DNA from: Candidatus Saccharimonadota bacterium
Lineage (GTDB): Bacteria; Bacteroidota; Bacteroidia; Cytophagales; Amoebophilaceae
NCBI RefSeq assembly: GCF_964030745.1
Contig: NZ_OZ034918.1
Span: 60,001 to 92,000 of the forward strand
Direction: 5' to 3'
Length of the DNA stretch: 32,000 nucleotides
Shown: piece after piece, positions 25,001-32,000 of the stretch
How the letters are laid out: every line of letters starts with the position of its first letter
Position numbering within the stretch: the stretch's first letter is position 1
Position numbers and translations under genes: made by a program
Notes under the pieces: model-generated
Seen by the model: only the letters and a program-made list of their open reading frames with translations
What the model was told of the DNA's origin: nothing
Databases searched by the model: none

Positions 25001-27490
25001 TTGAAAAAATTTGCAGATGTTATACTACCGCTTCCCATTAAGCCTTTAACCTACCATATTCCCCTACTATACCAAAGTATGGTAGCTATAGGCAGCAGTG
25101 TACTCGTACCATTACGTAACGGTAAGCTATTGTTGGCTGTTGTTTTGAAATGCCATTGCACAGCCCCCACCTACCCCACCAAGGATGTATTAGGAGTAAT
25201 CTACTCAACACCCCTATTTACACACAAACAATTGGCATTCCTAGAATGGATGGCGGATTATTACCTATCCACCCTAGGGGAAACCTTATCCATGGCATGG
25301 CCCAAATTCCTCAACCTCCCTAACCATGTAGTCTTTCAAGTCAATAGGCCTACTAACCAAAATGAAACATCAACCAACGAACAAGCCATTAGCCCTTTTT
25401 CGAAAGCTTCAACAACAAAATTGCCCTTAGAAATGGAATTTGGAGAGCGGGCTATTATCAATGCGCTACAATACCAACCCTTATCTTATAAATCCATTAT
25501 TCAACTCATGGTGCCAAAAGAAGCCAATAAGGCGCTTATCTCCTTACTATCTAAAAACTGGATCCGGGCAACTGCCACAGTCGCCATCGATCCGACCGAT
25601 GAGGACAATCCCTATTTTACCCTCTCTCCTACCCTCGATCTAAAGCGCCTTACCATCACTCAGCTAGCACCACGATCTGCCCAACAACAAGCCCTTCTAG
25701 CTTATTTATTATCCAACAAAGGTAAGTTCATCCAATATGCTTCTAAACAAGAGCTTGTAGCTTATTCCAAGTCTGCCTTTCACACGCTGTTAAAGAAAGG
25801 TATTTTAATAAAAGCCAATCTAAACCAGTTACCCGTATCAACTTTTACAGAACCCTTAGCACCATTAGCTACCTTAACCACATTTCAAAACAAAGCATTC
25901 ATAGATATACAAACAGCGTTTGCTAAAAAAGCAGTTGTACTCCTACACGGTGCAATAGGCAGCGGCAAAACAGAGTTGTATATGCATTTGATTGCATCCA
26001 CCTTGCGCCAGCAAAAACAAGTATTGCTTTTAGTGCCAGAAATAGGTTTGGTAACACATATAGTAGAACGCATCAGACCTTTCTTAGGAGACTGGTTGGT
26101 GGTGCACCATTCGAAACAATCACATAAAGAACGTTTAAAGACATGGTCACGTGTGTTACACCACCCCCCTTTATTGGTAATAGGCACACGCTCTGCCGTT
26201 TTACTACCTTTTAAGGCGCTACAACTCATTATTGTCGATGAAGAGCACGACCCTGCCTATAAACAACAGGATGCAATGCCTACCTATCATGCACGAGAGA
26301 GCAGCATTCTATTGGCCCAACAGCATCAAGCAAACGTTTTACTAGGTTCGGGCACACCTTCGGTAGAAAGCTATTATAATGCCCAATCTGGAAAGTATGG
26401 TCTAGTAACACTAGGCCATAGATTTGGCTCCGCAAGCCCTCCTAAATTATTTTTTATTGACTTAAATATAGAAAAAAAGCGTAAAGCGATGCGCGAGAAT
26501 TTCTCGCTTACGCTGCTATCTAAGCTCCAAACTAATAATATAGAAGGTGGCCAAGCGATGATTTTTCAAAACAGAAGAGGGTATGCCCGCTATTTTTTAT
26601 GTGCCGCTTGTGGATGGATTCCCCGCTGTCTTACTTGCGCAGTAAGCCTTACCTACCACCAAGAAGTGCATCAACTACGCTGTCATTATTGCGACTATGC
26701 TACGCCTCCTTTTGGGTCATGTAACCATTGTGGATCACACCAACTACATAGCATAGGGTTTGGTACAGAAAAACTAGAAGAGAGCTTACAACTTATTTTT
26801 CCGGAACAAAAGATTGGTCGTATGGATTTAGATAGCACAAAAGGGAAAAGCAGCTACCAATCCATTTTAAAAGCAGTCACCTCAGGGTCAATAGATATTT
26901 TAGTAGGCACGCAGATGATGGCGAAAGGGTTGGATTTGGCCAATATACGCCTAATAGGCATACTAGACATAGATGGGCTGCTTTACTTTCCTGATTTTCG
27001 ATCCAACGAAAAATGTTTTCAACTGATTACACAGTTAGCAGGAAGAGCAGGTAGACGCAACCAACAAGGCAGTGTGTTTATTCAAACCAGTCAGACCCAT
27101 CATCCTTTGTTTGCATACCTAGCCAATGGTGACTACGAAGGAATGTATAAATCTGAATTAGCAGAAAGAAAGCGATTTCTATACCCCCCCTATATTAGGC
27201 TGATTAAACTAAGCCTAAGTTGTACCAACGCCTCCACGCTGCAATCAGGAGCCATTGCACTAAAAACCATATTAGAACAACAGTTTGGGAGCATGGTACT
27301 AGGCCCTCAAAAACCATTGGTTGATAAGGTTAGAAATCATTTTTTACTAGATCTATTTTTAAAAATAACCAGTAAAAATGCAAATAGTTTACAAAACACC
27401 AAAGCAGCCTTAAAGAGCGCTTGTAAACATACACTGGGTAAAGGACCACATAGAAATATAAAAATAGTATTAGATATTGATCCGATTTAA
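25001..27490 (+). CDS. priA: primosomal protein N' (replication restart helicase PriA)
   Basis: The N-terminus FADVILPLPIKPLTYHIP is the typical PriA start. Walker A is GAIGSGKTELY, and the DEEHD box is present. The Cys-rich zinc region reads CAACGWIPRCLTCAVSLTYHQEVHQLRCHYCDY...CNHCGS. The helicase C-terminal motifs are VGTQMMAKGLD and AGRAGR. The only in-frame start after the upstream stop (24983-24985) is the TTG at 25001. Confidence 0.9.
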   Translation: MKKFADVILPLPIKPLTYHIPLLYQSMVAIGSSVLVPLRNGKLLLAVVLKCHCTAPTYPTKDVLGVIYSTPLFTHKQLAFLEWMADYYLSTLGETLSMAWPKFLNLPNHVVFQVNRPTNQNETSTNEQAISPFSKASTTKLPLEMEFGERAIINALQYQPLSYKSIIQLMVPKEANKALISLLSKNWIRATATVAIDPTDEDNPYFTLSPTLDLKRLTITQLAPRSAQQQALLAYLLSNKGKFIQYASKQELVAYSKSAFHTLLKKGILIKANLNQLPVSTFTEPLAPLATLTTFQNKAFIDIQTAFAKKAVVLLHGAIGSGKTELYMHLIASTLRQQKQVLLLVPEIGLVTHIVERIRPFLGDWLVVHHSKQSHKERLKTWSRVLHHPPLLVIGTRSAVLLPFKALQLIIVDEEHDPAYKQQDAMPTYHARESSILLAQQHQANVLLGSGTPSVESYYNAQSGKYGLVTLGHRFGSASPPKLFFIDLNIEKKRKAMRENFSLTLLSKLQTNNIEGGQAMIFQNRRGYARYFLCAACGWIPRCLTCAVSLTYHQEVHQLRCHYCDYATPPFGSCNHCGSHQLHSIGFGTEKLEESLQLIFPEQKIGRMDLDSTKGKSSYQSILKAVTSGSIDILVGTQMMAKGLDLANIRLIGILDIDGLLYFPDFRSNEKCFQLITQLAGRAGRRNQQGSVFIQTSQTHHPLFAYLANGDYEGMYKSELAERKRFLYPPYIRLIKLSLSCTNASTLQSGAIALKTILEQQFGSMVLGPQKPLVDKVRNHFLLDLFLKITSKNANSLQNTKAALKSACKHTLGKGPHRNIKIVLDIDPI

Positions 27491-27673
27491 TAAATCGCTT
27501 GCAAAATTTTAGAAATTTTAATAAAATAATTATTTTTAAATGGATATTAAGCTGTACGCGGTGGTATGCAAAATTTTACACAATACCTGCAAAGTGTTCA
27601 TACTCAATAAAAAATATAAATATAATCATCAACCAACTATCCCCTAAAGGGATCTCTTAACTTCTTAATTAAT

Positions 27674-28603
27674 ATGCTTATAGGAATTATTTTAGCTACT
27701 TTAATTACCTCCTGCAGTACGCCTTATTTCTCCTACCCTAATAATAAGAGACTCTATTCCGATGTTGTCTCTAGCAAAGTTAACCGAAACGACACTCCAC
27801 CAGCTCTAACTACTATCAAGGACGAACAGTGGCTAGATAGAGTCACCAATACCTACCTGCAAAATAATTACCAAAACTGCCTGAAACCAACGAGCAGACT
27901 AACACGATGGCGTCCAAGAAATATCAAGGATAGCGATACAATAAGAAAATTTAAAGACAAAGGTGAAATGCCCTACAAAGACTTACAAGATGATACGTTA
28001 TGGCACCTCCAAGCAACCCATGATATGGAGGGTGTAATTGATTTTCTAAAATATGTAGTAAAAACAGGAGATCAGGATAAGTATTTCACCAACTTAAAAA
28101 ACGGCCGAGGCATACAGGCTAATGCTAGCCTAGTATTGGTATTGAAAAATACCGACAAACAAGAAGGATTATCCCCTCAAGAAAAGTTATACCTTCCAAG
28201 AGAGCTACACCCTAATGGAAGGCTGAAAATCATAATGAACACCAATACCAATAATCCTAACAAAATCACCATCTACCATATGATGTTTCATGAAAATACA
28301 AAAAGGCCTAAACAAAGGTTTAATGGACAACATCCCAAGAGCAACAAAAACAAAAACAAAAATAAGGAAATGACTCTTATTAAGGACAAAGATAACGGTT
28401 ATCGTATTTTAGAAAAAAAACGTTTAGAAAAGAAAGAAAATGATTACGTTATTGAGTATATACCTCCAAAAGACTCCCCATATAAATCAAAAAGACTTTA
28501 TATTCACCCGATATGCCGATCTAAAAATTCGTATCTATTCACGCCTGTGGCTGGGCCCCTTATCTCCTTCGATAAAAAGCCTGGCCCGATAGTAAATAGA
28601 TGA
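27674..28603 (+). CDS. hypothetical basic lipoprotein
   Basis: The N-terminus MLIGIILATLITSC carries a signal peptide and a lipobox Cys. The 309-aa protein is Lys/Asn-rich, with a KNKNKNK tract encoded by an (aacaaa)n microsatellite near 28334-28355. The last 13 codons lie inside palindromic element B. Confidence 0.65.
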   Translation: MLIGIILATLITSCSTPYFSYPNNKRLYSDVVSSKVNRNDTPPALTTIKDEQWLDRVTNTYLQNNYQNCLKPTSRLTRWRPRNIKDSDTIRKFKDKGEMPYKDLQDDTLWHLQATHDMEGVIDFLKYVVKTGDQDKYFTNLKNGRGIQANASLVLVLKNTDKQEGLSPQEKLYLPRELHPNGRLKIIMNTNTNNPNKITIYHMMFHENTKRPKQRFNGQHPKSNKNKNKNKEMTLIKDKDNGYRILEKKRLEKKENDYVIEYIPPKDSPYKSKRLYIHPICRSKNSYLFTPVAGPLISFDKKPGPIVNR

Positions 28604-28740
28604 ATCGATATGTTTTTCAGTGGGAAAATCGTAAACTCAGCCCGCAAGCGGGCTTCAAACAGACGATTTTCTAATCCGCTAAAAAAGATATCGCTCAGCT
28701 GTTAGTGTTTTACTAGAGCGCCATTTTTTATCGAAGGAGA
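28563..28740. repeat. 178-bp long imperfect palindrome (element B), with a core homologous to element A
   Basis: The outer arms are tctccttcgataaaaa (28563-28579) and ttttttatcgaaggaga (28724-28740). The middle arms are cgatatgtttttcagtgg and ccgctaaaaaagatatcg. The inner stem is gaaaatcgt (28624-28632) with acgattttc (28663-28671). The apical hairpin is agcccg-caag-cgggct (28639-28654). Confidence 0.65.
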
Positions 28741-28921
28741 CGCGGGACGGGTACTTGGTCAGCTATTTTCTTTTTCAGAAAAACGTAATCACAGTGATGA
28801 ATGGATATTCACGAAAAGCTAGAAAAAACGTATTTTCTGCCACAGTGGTGAATAAATACTAAATAAAAACAACTAGACCTTATGGGTATAGGCCCTCTGA
28901 ATGGATACCGATACTTCCTTA

Positions 28922-29542
28922 TTAACCGAGTAAATCATAACCAACCCTTAGCGTAAGTTGCTTGGGTCTATAGGCTTTATTGCCATCCATTAGATCAGCA
29001 CTTATAGAACTTCTATCTATAGATAACCGCGCAAACTCCCAACAGATATCCATTACAATATTTCCCAGATCTATACCCAAACCTAATATATAACCATTGA
29101 TTTTTTCTTTATAGCTTGCTATAAGTTTGTTCCCTGTAAAACTTGAATCATCTAGTCCACTCAAGGGTACGCGAAAGATAAGACCAACATGAGGACGAAA
29201 CAGACTAAAAAGCGGAACGCCAAGCGTCAAAGGTAGGGTAATGTATTGAAAATGGTCACGGTTTAGTTTATGAGGCAATTTACGCCAATCTAATACAAAG
29301 AAGGCATCTAACTTAGCATATACAAGCCAAACATCCAGCTTGGCAAAGCCTCCGATTTGCAGTGCCAAATTGTTAATAGAAGTTTTTTGGAGTTGCTGTT
29401 TTGAGTTAAAACTAGTATGGAACCCTGCTATCCCCAAAGATGGACCTGTGGCTAGCCCAATGGCATGTGATGCATCTAGAACCAGGAAATAGCCTAAAAA
29501 TGGCAGCATGCATTTTTTTATATTGATTACTTTCATATACAT
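28922..29542 (-). CDS. putative outer-membrane beta-barrel protein (small porin/OmpW-like class)
   Basis: 206 aa, with a signal-like N-terminus (MLPFLGYFLVLDASHA). Amphipathic strands alternate with Gly/aromatic turns (LGIAGFHTSF, LQIGGFAKLDVWLVYAKLDAFFVLDW, GYILGLGIDLG, LTLRVGYDLLG). The family assignment is tentative. Confidence 0.55.
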   Translation of the reverse strand: MYMKVINIKKCMLPFLGYFLVLDASHAIGLATGPSLGIAGFHTSFNSKQQLQKTSINNLALQIGGFAKLDVWLVYAKLDAFFVLDWRKLPHKLNRDHFQYITLPLTLGVPLFSLFRPHVGLIFRVPLSGLDDSSFTGNKLIASYKEKINGYILGLGIDLGNIVMDICWEFARLSIDRSSISADLMDGNKAYRPKQLTLRVGYDLLG

Positions 29543-29577
29543 AATCTTTTATATGTAGCAAAAATTACCACCTGATT

Positions 29578-29970
29578 TTATCTTGCAAGTTGATTTTTAG
29601 CAACACTATTTGTTGCATGAGATGGAGCGTGCTGATCCTCTTTAGGTGCATCATCCGTAGTATTTGAAGGGGCTATGGGGTTTAATGCTTGGTCTTGCTG
29701 TGCTTTAGCCAAATTGGGACTCCTATGCGATTGTGGTGCATCTTTAAGAAAGAGAGCGGACAAAAGGGTTAAAAAAAGCAATAAACCTACCAGTACCCAG
29801 GTGGCTTTTTCTAAAAAATCTGCTTTTTGATTAATACCAATACGCTGCACAGAAGCGGCGCCTCCACCTGAAGGAGCGATCCGTTCCTTGGGCTCTTGTA
29901 GTAAAATAGCGCCAATCAATAAAATGGCTACGATAATAATAAGTATAGTAAGCAGGTTGAATATAGACAT
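29578..29970 (-). CDS. secG: preprotein translocase subunit SecG
   Basis: Two TM helices in the SecG pattern (LLTILIIIVAILLIGAILLQ, then GGGAAS..., then TWVLVGLLLFLTLLSALF) are followed by a Pro/Gln/Ala-rich tail. It occupies the conserved Bacteroidota neighbourhood with LptE and a sigma-54 activator. Confidence 0.8.
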   Translation of the reverse strand: MSIFNLLTILIIIVAILLIGAILLQEPKERIAPSGGGAASVQRIGINQKADFLEKATWVLVGLLLFLTLLSALFLKDAPQSHRSPNLAKAQQDQALNPIAPSNTTDDAPKEDQHAPSHATNSVAKNQLAR

Positions 29971-29972
29971 AA

Positions 29973-30608
29973 CTAAAGATCACTATTTAAGCTAGAGATG
30001 ATGCCCTCAATATACGATTTTTTTTCAGGATGCTTGGACATTAAGTGGTTATAAATTTCAATGGCACGTTTATATTTTTTTTGTTGAACCATTAACTTAG
30101 CTAATGTTTCCGTTGCAAAACGATTGTCTAAAGTAGTGGCCTGTTCAGAAAGATCTACAGATGATTCCTCAGTTAAGGGCATGGCTGCCATGCAGGGATC
30201 AAACTGTAAATTTTTATTTAAAATGGTGTCTATAATAGAAAACTGCTTGATGCTGTTTTCATTAGTACTCTTTTTAAGAGACTTTTTAGTAATATTTTCT
30301 AAATAATTATTAACGGTAGTAGATGTATTTTGCGTAGATTGAATGTTGGCGTTTCTAGCAATGGGTGGTAGGGAAAGCTTGTTTTCCAACCATGCGCGCA
30401 AATGTTTGCGGTCAATGGCATAAGTAGCAGCCCGTTGAACGGTATATTTTTCCACATCTTTTTCCTGTATATAGGTTGCTTTAGCAAGCAGTGCATGGGC
30501 TAAGTAGAAATAGGGATATCTTTGTATAAGTGCTTCTAAATCGGGCACATCTGCTGGTGAGAGCGTTGCAGGCTGCTCCAATAGCTTTAATAGTTTCTGA
30601 ACTTGCAT
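29973..30608 (-). CDS. hypothetical TPR-like helical protein
   Basis: 211-aa ORF. Its stop lies 2 nt before the secG ATG. The N- and C-terminal helical-hairpin segments (YPYFYLAHALLAKATY; KKYKRAIEIYNHLMSKHPEK) resemble TPR units. It sits in the position of the conserved hypothetical gene between lptE and secG in Bacteroidota. Confidence 0.6.
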   Translation of the reverse strand: MQVQKLLKLLEQPATLSPADVPDLEALIQRYPYFYLAHALLAKATYIQEKDVEKYTVQRAATYAIDRKHLRAWLENKLSLPPIARNANIQSTQNTSTTVNNYLENITKKSLKKSTNENSIKQFSIIDTILNKNLQFDPCMAAMPLTEESSVDLSEQATTLDNRFATETLAKLMVQQKKYKRAIEIYNHLMSKHPEKKSYIEGIISSLNSDL

Positions 30609-30627
30609 GGTAAAAATAATTTGAATC

Positions 30628-31245
30628 TTACCAATTATCTATAGATTTGTTATACACATCATCTACTAGTTGACGAAAAATTTCTTTAATCAACTCAGGT
30701 TCTTTGTCTAATTGATTTTCAGTAGACAACATATCCGCGCTAGCCGAAAATAATTTTTTCTTAAAGGAAGCTTCCTCATCAGCAGGATTCGAATAAGAAA
30801 CTTCTATGGTGATGGTTAAACGTTGTACTTCTTTAGGATTGTCGTCTTCATCTTTTGTACTGAAGGTTGTACGGTAGGAAAAGGACTTAATGACACCTTC
30901 ATACTGGATGTCACCATCTTTTTCTGCTTGGGCTAAAGAGCTGGTTGAGCGCATTATTCTTGTTGCAAGCTCGTCCATAAGCTTGTTCTGCATATCTGGC
31001 GGCCCATCTGAAACTTCTGTATAGAACTGAATAGAAAAGTCCTTCATATCGGGAGAGACTGAAACACCTGAGAAGGTAAAAATACCACAACCATGCAGCC
31101 ATAGTACCAAAAAAAGAAAGTATCGATTAGCAGACCTCTTTCGAAACGTGTTTGCTGCTGGCAGCTTTGGGATGTGTCTATACTCCTCCTCACATACAGT
31201 TGTGTATGTTGCGGTGCATGACCTTGATGCTCCTAAAAATTGCAT
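30628..31245 (-). CDS. lptE: LptE-family lipoprotein (LPS assembly); start codon uncertain
   Basis: The mature part begins with the Bacteroidota LptE hallmark C-G-x-F-T-F-S-G (LWLHGCGIFTFSGVS). It continues with DIQYEGVIKSFSY ... RLTITIEVSY and ends in ...VYNKSIDNW. ATGs in frame are at 31302 (overlapping the upstream gene) and 31245, and both are far upstream of the lipobox Cys. Confidence 0.65.
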   Translation of the reverse strand: MQFLGASRSCTATYTTVCEEEYRHIPKLPAANTFRKRSANRYFLFLVLWLHGCGIFTFSGVSVSPDMKDFSIQFYTEVSDGPPDMQNKLMDELATRIMRSTSSLAQAEKDGDIQYEGVIKSFSYRTTFSTKDEDDNPKEVQRLTITIEVSYSNPADEEASFKKKLFSASADMLSTENQLDKEPELIKEIFRQLVDDVYNKSIDNW

Positions 31246-31270
31246 GCCACCAATAGGTTTTGGAAGAGGT

Positions 31271-32000
31271 CTATTGCTTGAAACCGGACTCTTCAATCTC
31301 ATATTGTTTAATTTTTCGATAAAGCGTTCTTTCAGAGATCCCTAAATCATCAGCTGCACTTTTACGATTTCCATGGTTTTTTTGTAAAGACCTACGAATC
31401 AATGCTTGTTCTTGGGCTTCCATAGAAAGGTTTTCGGCTGTATAGGGCGTGTTGATGCAATTTAAATCATCTTCTTTAAAGGATTGTGCTGTGTCCAAAA
31501 AATGGATCTTTTTGGATGTATTTACTTGATCACTGTAGGCTCCAAGGCGTGTATGCTCTTTTATAATGGGGCTTTTCATGGAACCAGACTCCATAAAATT
31601 AAGCATTAATGCTTTTAATTCTGTAACCTCTCTTTTCAAGTCAAAGAGGATAGGGTAAATGTATTCTTTCTCAATCAGCTCATTATCTTGCCATTTCTTA
31701 TAAAGTACTGGTAACGTATGGCTTTGCACTTTCGGTAAATATTTTTCTATTACTTTTGGAGTAGCCATCGCTACCCCTTCGAGTAATGACATTTGCTCCA
31801 CAATATTTTTCAGTTGACGGATATTACCTGGAAATGAATAGCCACACAAAATATCTTTTGCATCTGAGCTGATTTCTAACGGTTTAACACGGTATTTAGT
31901 GGCAAAATCACTAGAAAACTTATGAAATAATTGTATAATATCTGCACCCCGTTCGCGCAGAGGGGGTATATGAATCGGAACAGTATTGAGTCTATAATAC
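31271..32000 (-). CDS. sigma-54-dependent transcriptional activator (AAA+ domain C-terminal part plus Fis-type HTH), 5'-truncated by the window edge
   Basis: The minus-strand frame is open to position 32000: YYRLNTVPIHIPPLRERGADIIQLF...ILCGYSFPGNIRQLKNIVEQ (equivalent to the WPGNVRELxN motif). The C-terminal HTH is GNRKSAADDLGISERTLYRKIKQY. The M listed at 31849 in the ORF track is an internal TTG. Confidence 0.85.
   Translation of the reverse strand, partial: YYRLNTVPIHIPPLRERGADIIQLFHKFSSDFATKYRVKPLEISSDAKDILCGYSFPGNIRQLKNIVEQMSLLEGVAMATPKVIEKYLPKVQSHTLPVLYKKWQDNELIEKEYIYPILFDLKREVTELKALMLNFMESGSMKSPIIKEHTRLGAYSDQVNTSKKIHFLDTAQSFKEDDLNCINTPYTAENLSMEAQEQALIRRSLQKNHGNRKSAADDLGISERTLYRKIKQYEIEESGFKQ

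Noticed and set aside
28790-28847. Two CACAGTG heptamers (28790-28796 and 28841-28847), identical to the V(D)J/Transib recombination-signal heptamer
   Set aside because: A palindromic 7-mer occurring twice inside a pair of direct repeats is expected by descent from the repeat itself. No nonamer-like partner or associated recombinase gene is present.
1318-31345. Remaining short ORFs nested inside or antisense to larger genes. They are 1318-1524, 4907-5110, 9768-10001, 10684-11037, 13987-14175, 16903-17115, 16951-17148, 17805-17987, 19592-19816, 20240-20470, 22023-22220, 23291-23491, 24227-24439, 25440-25643, 25885-26229, 30124-30306, 30299-30496, 30911-31102 and 31148-31345.
   Set aside because: Each lies entirely or almost entirely within a longer ORF that has clear family signatures or signal peptides. 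None shows a motif of its own. They are treated as shadow ORFs.
1-32000. CRISPR arrays, rRNA genes, tmRNA or RNase P RNA
   Set aside because: There are no arrays of regularly spaced short repeats. I found no rRNA-like conserved blocks and no RNase P (GAGGAAAGTCC-type) or tmRNA (tag-ORF plus tRNA-like end) signatures on either strand.

Overview
This is an AT-rich window with Bacteroidota-type gene content: an LptE / TPR / SecG / sigma-54 activator cluster, a TraN-like conjugation remnant, lipobox lipoproteins, and a TAnnTTTG -7 box. The insertion-sequence load is very heavy, as in amoeba or arthropod endosymbionts of the Amoebophilus/Cardinium type; that assignment is inference only. Left edge (2-5170): the 3' part of a large gene whose C-terminus resembles contractile-injection-system tape-measure proteins, followed by two orphan lipoprotein genes. 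One of these is built from four tandem modules of about 145 aa. Positions 5.2-15.3 kb are a mobile-element graveyard. It holds an IS256-family element with a 9-bp target duplication and two sequence-identical IS481-family copies. One copy is intact with a 7-bp duplication; the other is split by a nested IS5-family element and lacks a duplication. A solo IS481 terminal repeat and an Rpn/PD-(D/E)XK fragment are also present. So is a decayed conjugation operon (frameshifted TraN-like gene and a 5'-truncated upstream ORF) still fused to an intact AAA-ATPase_like/PD-(D/E)XK gene. Positions 15.3-21.5 kb hold the most unusual content. Two divergently oriented paralogs (691 and 729 aa) combine a multi-pass membrane domain, a histidine-kinase-like module and a RelA/SpoT-type HD module. 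All recognisable catalytic residues in these modules are substituted. The paralogs bracket tRNA-Gln(UUG) and a signal-peptide, coiled-coil, ClpP-like protease with an apparently intact Ser-His-Asp triad. Positions 21.5-32 kb are housekeeping genes: rfbB, mutY, a DnaQ-like exonuclease, priA, a lipoprotein, an OMP, secG, a TPR-like gene, lptE-like, and a partial sigma-54 activator. This stretch is interrupted by two GC-rich long imperfect palindromes that share a conserved core with compensatory stem changes. One of them supplies the last 13 codons of a CDS. No rRNA genes or CRISPR arrays were seen.
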